DNA of 14,427 nucleotides from an uncultured Myxococcales bacterium (GTDB taxonomy: Bacteria; Myxococcota; UBA4151). Positions 1 through 8,900 of this stretch are shown one piece after another (the stretch's first letter is position 1; each line of letters opens with the position of its first letter). The DNA lies in NCBI GenBank assembly GCA_964013405.1, contig CAXGWI010000092.1, forward strand, positions 1-14,427, written 5' to 3'. The notes under the pieces were generated by a model. That model was not told where the DNA came from and made no database searches. It saw only the letters and a list, made by a program, of their open reading frames with translations. The position numbers and the translations under genes were made by a program.

Positions 1-1
1 C

Positions 2-3000
2 ACGAACTTCGATGTGCGCCCCCAGGTTCACATCTTCTTCTCCGTGGCCGGCGGGACCGGTTCGGGCTCGCACCTGATGATGGCCTACCTTATCCGCCAG
101 GCCTTCGAGACCCAACTCTCGGGTCGAGTGCCTTTTATCACCGCAAACATCGTGCTGCCCCAGGTCTTTGGCCAGGTCGCCGGTGAGAATGCGCCGGGCA
201 TTTATGCCAATGGCTACGCGGCCCTCAAGGAGATCGAGCATCACATGAAGCTCGCCTCCAACTCGCCGCTGGTCCCCGAGCAGCTCGAGTTCCACTACAA
301 CCCAGGCCTGAAGCGGTCTTCCACCTATGTGAAGACCCCGCCCTTCGACCTGTGCTACTTGCTGGGTTCCCCCGGCGGCTTCCGCTTGGGCGGTAAAGTG
401 GGGGCGGTCTCCACAGTGGCGGCTGATGCCTGCTACTTGAATCTGTTCAGTCCTATCAGTGTGACGGTGGACAGCGATAAGGACAACTACGAGCAGCACT
501 GGAAGGCCCTGTATCCCATCGAGCTGGGCAAGCAGTACAGCCAGCCCGGCTACACGCCGCTTTGGGCCACCTATGGCGCCTCGGTCTACTTGGTGCCGGC
601 CAAGGAGATCGCCAACTACTGTGCGAAGAAGATGGCCTGCTCGGCCATCAACCGGACTCTGCTGATGAACGACCCCGATATGGTACCTCCGGGGCCTGCT
701 CGGGATGCGTTTAACGACAAGCCTAGCCCGGAGAAGCTCAAGAAGATGACCGAGGGTGAGCGCAAAGAAGCCCTCGATAACAGCTTTTGCTCTCGTTTGC
801 GGGCCGTCGCCGACGCAGAGCGGGCGTCCAACGTTGAAGGACAGAGCAAGTCGCCGTTGCGGGCTGCTGAGGAGTCCTATTCCAGCGCCGTCGGTGCCTG
901 GGATCGCCAGATGGAGGCCTGGAAGACTGAGATGGCCAACGTGGCGAAGAATGAGGGGACACTCACCAGCCCCTCAGGCGAGTCGCTGGGTGACAGTGGC
1001 GTGATGGGCTGGGCCAGTGGGCAGGGCAAGAAGAGAAAAGAGAAGGCAGCGAAGTTCGTCCAGGAGAAGGGTCAGAACATCATTACTCGTCTCGACAAGG
1101 CGATGGCCGATTTCTTCAATGAGCACGATATCGAGAGTCTCGGTCAGCGCTACTTCCTGCTGATGCTGTTGGCCGGCCGCGAAGTCGACAGCTACACCGG
1201 ACGCTGGGGTAAGGATAACTTGGTCTCCGGCGCCGAGGCCGTCAAAGGGGCCTTGGCGAACAACATCCTGGGCAAGGGGCAGGAGGACACGGCCAAGGGC
1301 TTCGACAGTCGAATGACCGTTAAAGAGGGCGGCTTCTTTGGTGGTGGTGATGATGAAGAAGCTGCGGCCGACGCGGCTGTGTCGGAAGCGGCCAAGTGGC
1401 TTGAAGGCCAGGTGGAACTCTATCGCAACGGGCTGGCCGAACAGCAACTCTACCTCATCGCTGATGCGGTCGCTGAAAAGGCCGCCAGCATGCTCGACAA
1501 CTTCCGGGATATCGAAGAGCGGGGAGCCAGTCGGGGTGATGAGATTAAAGCTGACTGCAAGGCCTTGCTCCGCCACGGCGGTGAGGAGGCGAACCTCTTC
1601 CAGAATGACATCGAATTGCTCTCCGATCCCAACGAGCGGCGACTCTGGGAGTGGTTCTTCGTCGAGAAATGCGAAATGGGCGATGCCAAGTTGCCCGATG
1701 CCACGGTGCAATCCCTGATCAGTCGGGCCATGACCGAGCCGATCGAAATGCCCGGGGGAAGTCGTCGGAATCCGGAGGCCTCTGAGGTCATCGATCGGGC
1801 CCTGGAGCTGCTTGAGACCGCAGCCTATGAACAGGTCAAAAAGTACACCGTGGGCTCCGGCACGCCTGGCGATCGCTACGAGCATGGTTTGACCATGGAG
1901 GAAGCGGCGATTCTGACCCAGGTCTACATGAACGTCGAGAAGGCGCAGGGGAACCTGTCCATGCGTGCAGCCCTGCAGAAGTTCGGCAAGAAGATGAAGG
2001 CCGACTGCGATCAGGACGAGACCACTCGGACGGCCCTACAAGGCATGATCGGTTCGCAGATTGCGCGGGTCTTTAACTCGGCAGCGGTCCTCGAGGCCTT
2101 CGACGACACCGCCATGACCGGCCAGGTGAAGGATCTGCGGATCTGCCTGCTGGCTTGTCACGAGGATTATCTCGAAGGCGGCGTCCTGAAAGACGCCCTC
2201 GACTCCCAGATGCGAGGGGTTTCACCCTTGGGCGGCTGGCATGACCGCAAGAAGATCATTGTGTACAACGCAGTGATCGGTGCGCCCGTCTATTGCTTCC
2301 CACGGGCTGTTGAGTTGCGAGAAGCCTATGACGAGATCAACGACATCGGCATCAAGGAACTCCACATCGACCAGAACTTCCGGGATTTGGATGATCTGGA
2401 TGTCAACGCTCGCCTCAGCAAATTGCGGGAGCAGGACGAGTACAAGGAGAAGCCCGAGTTCGCCCGGGATCTTGCGGTCTTCCTGACCGGCGTGCTTAAT
2501 CGCCAGGTTCGTCTCGACGAGACTGGGCTCTGGGAGGCGGTGAACGAGTACACCAGTCATGTGCCGGGCTCGGCGGGAACCTTTGCGTTCAACCGCAAGC
2601 TCGCCCCCAACCGCATCGGCGCGGTGAAGGCCTTTACGGACTTGTCCACTGATCCTGACGCCACCGTGCGCCGGGCCTGGTATGAGCCCGTACGCGAGCA
2701 TTTCAATAAGGCCTTCCAGCAGGGGGGTGACGGCATGGAAACAGATTTGGGTAAGAACCTGAGGTTGATCCACGAACAGTGGGGGAACCGGATTCTGGAG
2801 ATGAAGATGGCCCATGCCTCCACGAACGTGGAAGCAGTGGTCCAGAAGGATGGCCGCAAGGGCAACGTGCGGGATCACGTGAAGTCTCTTGGGATTCACG
2901 AGCTCCACGAACTCCAGATCTGTCACAGCGCGTTGGAGCGCTTCATTAAGGATCCCTTTAAGAAGACCGATGAGAAGCCATCGCTGCCGCCGGGGGTGAC

Positions 3001-3007
3001 GGTCTGA
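2..3007 (+). CDS. Tubulin/FtsZ-like GTPase (Tubulin_2 / FtsZl1-type) with long helical middle region; 5'-truncated
   Basis: The frame is open from position 2 (T-N-F-D-V-R-P-Q...), so the true start lies upstream and the GTG at 14 is internal. The tubulin signature IFFSVAGGTGSG is at 32-67. It is followed by motifs typical of this family: ANIVLPQVF, ANGYAALKEIEH, PPFDLCYLL, TYGASVYLVP, and a C-terminal IIVYNAVIGAPVY...Y...LHID block. The stop TGA is at 3005-3007. Confidence 0.9.
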   Translation, partial: TNFDVRPQVHIFFSVAGGTGSGSHLMMAYLIRQAFETQLSGRVPFITANIVLPQVFGQVAGENAPGIYANGYAALKEIEHHMKLASNSPLVPEQLEFHYNPGLKRSSTYVKTPPFDLCYLLGSPGGFRLGGKVGAVSTVAADACYLNLFSPISVTVDSDKDNYEQHWKALYPIELGKQYSQPGYTPLWATYGASVYLVPAKEIANYCAKKMACSAINRTLLMNDPDMVPPGPARDAFNDKPSPEKLKKMTEGERKEALDNSFCSRLRAVADAERASNVEGQSKSPLRAAEESYSSAVGAWDRQMEAWKTEMANVAKNEGTLTSPSGESLGDSGVMGWASGQGKKRKEKAAKFVQEKGQNIITRLDKAMADFFNEHDIESLGQRYFLLMLLAGREVDSYTGRWGKDNLVSGAEAVKGALANNILGKGQEDTAKGFDSRMTVKEGGFFGGGDDEEAAADAAVSEAAKWLEGQVELYRNGLAEQQLYLIADAVAEKAASMLDNFRDIEERGASRGDEIKADCKALLRHGGEEANLFQNDIELLSDPNERRLWEWFFVEKCEMGDAKLPDATVQSLISRAMTEPIEMPGGSRRNPEASEVIDRALELLETAAYEQVKKYTVGSGTPGDRYEHGLTMEEAAILTQVYMNVEKAQGNLSMRAALQKFGKKMKADCDQDETTRTALQGMIGSQIARVFNSAAVLEAFDDTAMTGQVKDLRICLLACHEDYLEGGVLKDALDSQMRGVSPLGGWHDRKKIIVYNAVIGAPVYCFPRAVELREAYDEINDIGIKELHIDQNFRDLDDLDVNARLSKLREQDEYKEKPEFARDLAVFLTGVLNRQVRLDETGLWEAVNEYTSHVPGSAGTFAFNRKLAPNRIGAVKAFTDLSTDPDATVRRAWYEPVREHFNKAFQQGGDGMETDLGKNLRLIHEQWGNRILEMKMAHASTNVEAVVQKDGRKGNVRDHVKSLGIHELHELQICHSALERFIKDPFKKTDEKPSLPPGVTV

Positions 3008-3029
3008 GTCGGATCGACAGAGACACTTG

Positions 3030-5921
3030 ATGGACCTGCAACCCAGGGCCGGGGTTCGTCCTGACAACCCGACCCTCATCCTCTCCTTAGGAGCGGTGGG
3101 GGAAGGGGTGTCGGCCAAGCTCCGCGCTCAGCATGAGGAGTTGGCAAGACTGGGCGCCCTCGATGGGCGTGGCGGTGTTGCTTTTGCCGAGCTCGATGGC
3201 GATTTGCGTCAGGCGATCAAGGCAGCCCAAGAGCTGATGGCCTATGGGCAACTGCTGGGGCAACGGGAGGTCTTGGAGCGCCAACGACCTCGTCTTGATG
3301 TGGTGGTCGTCGCCTCCTTGACCGAGGCAACGGTCCGGCAGCACCTGCAGCATCGGCTGGGTAAGTTACACAGCTTGTTGCTCCATCATATGGGCGCGAT
3401 CTTTGATCGCTTTCGCTACGGTCATGACCGCAACCTGACGGTGATCCCGGTGCTGGCCAGTGGTTATGTGCCTAGAGACCCCGAGGGACCGGCCGTGGAG
3501 GCAGCCCTTAAATCCTTGCTCGACTGGGTGGAGGCGATTCCCAAGGCCGACTTCGCAGATTCCGAGCCCGGTACCGAGACCGCCTTCGACTATGTCGGCG
3601 GCAGCGTCGAGTTGGAACTCGACCTCGCGCGGGGCAAGGAAGATCTGATCGCAGAGATTATGGATGGGGAAGGCCAAAAGGTCCGGCAACTCAAGCTCGG
3701 GCTGCACGTTCCCGGTAAGGTTCAGGTTCGCTGGGATGGGTTGTACCGCTCCGGCAAGAAGGCGGAGACAGGTCGCTATACCTTGCGCTTTCGGCCGCGG
3801 CTACAGTCCTCGGATTACGACGGCTACATCGATCAGGTCTTCGTCCTCGATGATGTCACAGACACCAGCGTCCTCAGTCCGGCGGAAGTCGAAGATAACA
3901 TCCGGAACTTCCTCGAGCTCATGCTCTATTCGGGGCTGCGGAACGCTCGGGACGCCGATGAGTATGAGCTGCTTCCGGCCGGGCGGGACTGGTTTCACCG
4001 AGTGGAGCCCGGTGAGCGCAACAGCCGGCTCTCCACTTTTAGTTGTGCCGCTCTTGAAATCCCCGTGTTCCGTTTGCATCGCTACTGTGCTCAAAAAGCA
4101 GTTCTAGAAGGACTGCGCATCCTCAAGGCTCGCCCCGAGGGTTACGATGAGGATCCGGTCCAAGTGGCCGGGCGGCGGGAGGACATGAGTGAGGCCCAGG
4201 CGGGCATCCGAGCCCTCTCTGTGGATCCGATTACCCGTAAGTTGGCCCAGGACCTGGGGGCCAAACTACAGTTGGAAACGTCCGCTGCCGACGAGGAAGA
4301 CGAGGACGAGGAGACCGACGAAGTTCCGTTGTTGGCTAGCAATGAGTCTTTGCTCATCGCCCTCGGCCCCAGCCGGCTCGAGTCGGATCAGCAACGCATC
4401 AAGGGGCTATGGCGACATTATCAGCGCTGGGGGATGGACCAACGGGTTCGGTCTGCAGCGGTGAAAGCCTACGAATTGGCCGATGAGATCGGTCGCCTGC
4501 TGCGCCAAAGCATTGACCTGATCCTCGATCAGAAAAAACCCGGTGTCCATTGGCGTGCGATCGAAGAGGTCGAATCCCAGATTCGAGAGGTCCAAAGCGG
4601 TTACGAAGATGCCCTCACCCGGCGTGATGAGGTGGAGCTTTCGCCCCTCCCTAGCCCCACACCCCTCAAGGATGCGAACGACGAGATCGTCGCGGCCATT
4701 CAGGAGCGACCGGAGCCGGAGCGCATGAAGTTCTGGGGCTCGATCATGGCCCTGTTGGTGGGGTCCAGGATCGGCGAGTTCTGCTTTCTTAAGTGGGGAG
4801 TCGACCCCTTGGTTGCCTTGGGCGATGAAGCGAACTGGCTCGATCTTTTGCGACACGTCGCCCTGCCCTATCTCGGAGGGATCCTCTTGGGCACAGCCGG
4901 CGTGGTTCTCGCGCTGTGGTTCTGGCTGGATCGGGCCACGGACCGGGTCCGAGATGCTTATGAGTCTTACTTGGACGTGTTTCGGGAGAGGGTGGTCGGT
5001 CGCAATAACGATTCCATCTACCGCTATTATGCCACCCGCCTGGATCTTCTGTTTCGCCAAGAGGTGGTGCGGGCGAACCTTCGCTCCGTTGAAGCCGTCC
5101 ACGCCGAGCATCGGGCCCTCAAGGGCATCGACGAGAGCCTTCGCATTCAAATCCAGAACATCGAAACAGCCCAGGAAGCCCTGGGCGTGGTCATCAATCG
5201 GGATGGAAGTGAGCAACTGGGCGACCTGTTGGGGATTGACGACAAGAGCGCCATGCGGACCCCGGGTCTCGCCGAAGACGATATCGAGGTGATTTATCGG
5301 AGCCGGGCCCTGGGCGTGGATTGCCCAGAAGAAGTGCCCCATCAACATTATGAAGTGGCGATCCAAATCTATCGGGAGGCTGCTTTAGGTCGGGGCTTGG
5401 CCCATCTGTACCAAGACTTCCGAGATCGAGTGCCTGCCTCGGATCTGGATGAGCTGCTCGTCTTTGGTGATGGCCGGGCCAGCGGCGTGCTCGATGGCTC
5501 TCTGATCCCCGATTATGCCCGCCGCCATGTGGTCGACTTTCTCAATGATCACACGCCGAATTTGAGCACCGGCCTGGATTGGGATGGCAACGTGATGAAT
5601 CCCCTCGGGCCCGACAGGTTGACGGCTGCAGAGGGAGAGCGGGACCGCCAGTACCTCATGCGCCTCGAAAATCAGCCCATGATCACCGCAGGCCCCACGG
5701 ACTTGGCCCGTTGGTTGAGCCGCTGGGAGGAGACCGATCCTTTGATGAAGAGCGGCCGGTTTCTCACGGTGGACCCCACCGCCGACCACCATGGCCATCG
5801 GGCCGATCGGGAGAATCGTCTCTATCTCGCCCGCGTGGTGCAAGGCCTACCCCTGCAAGCCGCTCGCAGTTTGCAAAGCCTAGAGACCTGGTTTGATGGC
5901 GAAGGGGGGGCTGAAGCGTGA
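3030..5921 (+). CDS. Degenerate (probably inactive) tubulin-like paralog with inserted FlgD Ig-like domain and a two-helix membrane anchor
   Basis: A ~963-aa ORF (ATG 3030; TTG 3027 is an alternative). PTLILSLGAVG matches the first glycine-rich loop position, and LDVVVVASLTEAT sits where VxxxxSxAGGTGSG is expected. EAALKSL, IDQVFVLDD, STFSCAALEIP......YCAQK and the C-terminal LYLARVVQGLPL all parallel gene 1. Two hydrophobic segments at ~4731-4928 are flanked by helical regions. Confidence 0.8.
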   Translation: MDLQPRAGVRPDNPTLILSLGAVGEGVSAKLRAQHEELARLGALDGRGGVAFAELDGDLRQAIKAAQELMAYGQLLGQREVLERQRPRLDVVVVASLTEATVRQHLQHRLGKLHSLLLHHMGAIFDRFRYGHDRNLTVIPVLASGYVPRDPEGPAVEAALKSLLDWVEAIPKADFADSEPGTETAFDYVGGSVELELDLARGKEDLIAEIMDGEGQKVRQLKLGLHVPGKVQVRWDGLYRSGKKAETGRYTLRFRPRLQSSDYDGYIDQVFVLDDVTDTSVLSPAEVEDNIRNFLELMLYSGLRNARDADEYELLPAGRDWFHRVEPGERNSRLSTFSCAALEIPVFRLHRYCAQKAVLEGLRILKARPEGYDEDPVQVAGRREDMSEAQAGIRALSVDPITRKLAQDLGAKLQLETSAADEEDEDEETDEVPLLASNESLLIALGPSRLESDQQRIKGLWRHYQRWGMDQRVRSAAVKAYELADEIGRLLRQSIDLILDQKKPGVHWRAIEEVESQIREVQSGYEDALTRRDEVELSPLPSPTPLKDANDEIVAAIQERPEPERMKFWGSIMALLVGSRIGEFCFLKWGVDPLVALGDEANWLDLLRHVALPYLGGILLGTAGVVLALWFWLDRATDRVRDAYESYLDVFRERVVGRNNDSIYRYYATRLDLLFRQEVVRANLRSVEAVHAEHRALKGIDESLRIQIQNIETAQEALGVVINRDGSEQLGDLLGIDDKSAMRTPGLAEDDIEVIYRSRALGVDCPEEVPHQHYEVAIQIYREAALGRGLAHLYQDFRDRVPASDLDELLVFGDGRASGVLDGSLIPDYARRHVVDFLNDHTPNLSTGLDWDGNVMNPLGPDRLTAAEGERDRQYLMRLENQPMITAGPTDLARWLSRWEETDPLMKSGRFLTVDPTADHHGHRADRENRLYLARVVQGLPLQAARSLQSLETWFDGEGGAEA
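3585..3797 (+). other. FlgD-type Ig-like domain inserted within gene 2
   Basis: VELELDLARGKEDLIAEIMDGEGQKVRQLKLGLHVPGKVQVRWDGLYRSGKKAETGRYTLRF fits the FlgD_ig pattern I-x-D-x-x-G-x-x-V-R-x-L...G-x-x-x-x-x-W-D-G-x-x-x-x-G-x-x-x-x-x-G-x-Y. WDG is at 3732-3740. Confidence 0.85.
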
Positions 5922-8900
5922 GCATGATCGGCACCTTCATCGCATTGGCTGTGCTCATCACCATTTTGGTGATCGGCTATTTCGTGGGGCCGCTCCTGAG
6001 CATCCTCCATCTCTTCATCGCCGGGATTTGGTACGTCCGAGTCAAGAAGCACAACAAAGAGAAACGACGTGAGCGGCCATCGACCGGTCCGGTGTATTTC
6101 CTGACCGGTGCCACCGTGCTGGCCATCTACGTCGTTGTCTATGCCCTCGACAAAACCCTGGCAGCCACCACCATCGATGGCCCCAAAGGGGGCGTGAGTT
6201 ACTTCTTCTGGGCGATTTGGGAGCCCTTTGGTGTCGGTGGGTGGGTCGATGGCGCCCTTTACGATCGCGCCAGCATGCTCATCCACACGGTGCTCATCCT
6301 GCCGATGTTGTGGTTGGGGGTGACCTTTTTTCGCCGCTATCTGCTTAAGAAGAATCCAGCCGAGAAGAGCTGGATGTGGCGGGGCATTGAGTTCGTTGCC
6401 GGCCTCTTAAGGCTTCAGGCCTTCCTGAAGGGCGGCCAAGAGAAGACAGCTCGGGAAGAGGAGGAAGAGAAAGCCGCTGGGGGGCCAAAGGAAGAGAAAT
6501 GGCCCCCCGAGGGCGAGAAGCCCAGTTGGGAGATCAAGCAGGAGTGGCCCTACCATCAGATCGGTTATGACACTGGCGGTGCGCCGGACCGAACTTGGCT
6601 TTGGCCTCACGAAACATCCCCGGTGTTTCGCAAGTGGATGTGGACTCTTGTCTTCGGTTGCCTGGTGGTTGTCACCGCCTCCAACTGCGTGGGCAAGGGC
6701 AACGGTGTCGGCAGCGCCTTCGGCCCCCTCAAGGGGCTCATCGCTGGTGAGGCGCAAAAGAAGCTAGGAGAGACCCTCGATGCGGTCGGTGAGGAGCTCT
6801 CAGGCGGTGATGATGCGGTCGAGGGGCACTGGTGGCAGACCTTCGTGGGTTCAGGCCAAGAGCTCGACGATCCCGTGGTCCTCGTGGGCCGGGATATTCG
6901 TGCTTCTGATCCCCGTTTCGTGGCGGCCATGCGCCTGGCGCAACACAAAGAGCGGGGCCTCGCCGTCTACACCCTCGCTGAGCCAGATCGGAAGATCGAG
7001 CGCCTGCTAGAGCGAGCCAGCAAAGGTGATGTTCAGCATGCCTACGTCCGCCTGTTAGAAGGTGAGAAAAAGCCCTTTAAGGCCGGCAAAAAACGGGATG
7101 AGTTCCTGCGGAGCCTGAAGGCCTTCACCCAGGCCGATGCCTACACCGAAGCCGATGTGAAAGCGCTGGGCTTTAGCGACATCGCTGACAGCCCCTTCGC
7201 CCAAATGCGCGGCACCAAGGACACCCAGTTGGAGGACGAGTGGGGTCTCGGCATGCTCTCCAAAGTGAAACCTGGTGCGAAGGGAGAGGGGGCTGACTGG
7301 GAACCACCGGCGCTTAGCCCCGGTATCATCAAGGCTCGAGTCGCCCGGGCCGGTGAGCCCGTGAAGAACTTCCTGAAGGATATGGGAGACGCCCTGGCCA
7401 ACGCCGGTGGTGGCATCCACTACGGTACCAGCAAGGGGCTTTGGTTGGCCTCGTTCTGGTTCTGCATCCTGTTGCTGATGGCCCTGGACACCACGACGGT
7501 GCCACCGCCGGAGGAGAAACCATCCGTGGAGGCAGAAGAGCCTCCCGTGCACTTCGGCCTGGTGGAGTTGCTGACGGCCATCACCCGGGCCAATGCGGAC
7601 GGTGATATCGCCGATCCACCAGAGATAGATGGTCGAGCGGAAAAGGATCCGCCCAGGCCCCACGGGAAGTTGGTGGGCGTGGGCAAGAACCGCTGTGTTT
7701 GGCCCGGCGGTCTCGATGATGAGCGCGAGATCGGTGACAAGGCCGAAGCCAGTGCGGCTGCGGGCGAAGAAGCCGACCGAACGACGGCCCAGCTTTCCCG
7801 TTTGGTGAAGGAGTTTGTCCAGCAGCTGGAGCCCAGTGGAGACGGCAGTACCGAGGCCCAAGGTAAACTCATGGAGAGCCAGCGCCGGGCCTTAGAGAAC
7901 TATGCCGCGGCCCGCCAGCGGACCAGTGGGCTGATCGGCTCCATTCAGAGTACAGGCGATAATCTGATCGAGGAGCGGGGAGCCCGTCTTGTGACGGCGA
8001 GTCGCTCGTTGAATCCCCTCTTGATCGGCCCCGAAGGCTCCGGCCGGACGACCACCCTGGCCCTCTTCGCCGCGGATACCGTCCTTCAGTACTGCCGGCG
8101 GGTGTTGTGGATCTGCACCGACGAGCGGCACCGGGAGCAAGTGGTCAATGGGGGCGGCGGCCAACGGGGCTTAGAAGATTGGTTTATGCGGTCCAACCTT
8201 CGCTGGGGGATCAAACGGGGCGTGGGGCTCTCGGGTCCCGGCAGCGTGGACTCGAATCGGGTGGAAGGTATTCGAACCGACATCGCATTCCTGACCCTCG
8301 AGGAGCTCGGCAACATCCATTTGGAGTTGCCTGGCCGCTACGATGAGCTCTTCACCGAGGTGGGGATGGTCGTCTTGGATGACCTTGACCGACTCTCGGG
8401 ACTTGAGGAGCAAAAAGCCTACTGGGTTCTTCGCCGTTTGAACTCCCGGCTAGAGCAGGATGCCGACTCGCCCGTCTCCCTCTTTTGGGCGGCGAGTTGC
8501 TCCCAGGTCGCTGAAGGCGCGGTGACTTGGGCTGAGGATTTGGTCGGTCAGAACTTCGACAGCGTTGATTTTGAGAAACTCAAAGGTGCGCCCCAGGTGA
8601 AGCGCTATCGCTTCTACCTCAATGAGTTCATCGATAAGCGGCGTAACCCCCTAACGGTGCATGACCTGGTTCGCTGGCTCGAAGCCCTGAAGATCCCTTG
8701 GCATCTGCGGCGCTGTGAAGCTCATCTGCGGGATTTGGACTTGGTCTCGGCCGTCTCCGGCTTGGCCAATACCTATCATGTGGCCGACCCGCGGCAGGCT
8801 GCGGTGGTCATTCTGCAGGGTAACTTTGCCGAGGCCAACCGGGAGGCAACCCGCCTCGCACACGCAGGCAGCTTGTCGGCCCGGGAGTGCATGGGCTTCT

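Noticed and set aside
14..16. GTG at 14 as the start of gene 1
   Set aside because: The frame is open upstream to the window edge, and the N-terminal part of the tubulin GTPase domain is missing, so the gene is truncated by the window.
2..3007. Canonical cell-division ftsZ
   Set aside because: The protein is over 1000 aa with Tubulin_2-type motifs and has no dcw-cluster neighbours.
3008..3029. Promoter or terminator in the intergenic gaps (also 13151-13162)
   Set aside because: The gaps are too short and show no convincing hairpin with a U-tract or promoter boxes.
3585..3797. Flagellar flgD gene, or an intein explanation for the inserts
   Set aside because: Only the Ig module is present, in frame inside another protein, with no flagellar genes nearby. 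Neither insert shows intein splice motifs (N-terminal Cys/Ser block, C-terminal His-Asn).
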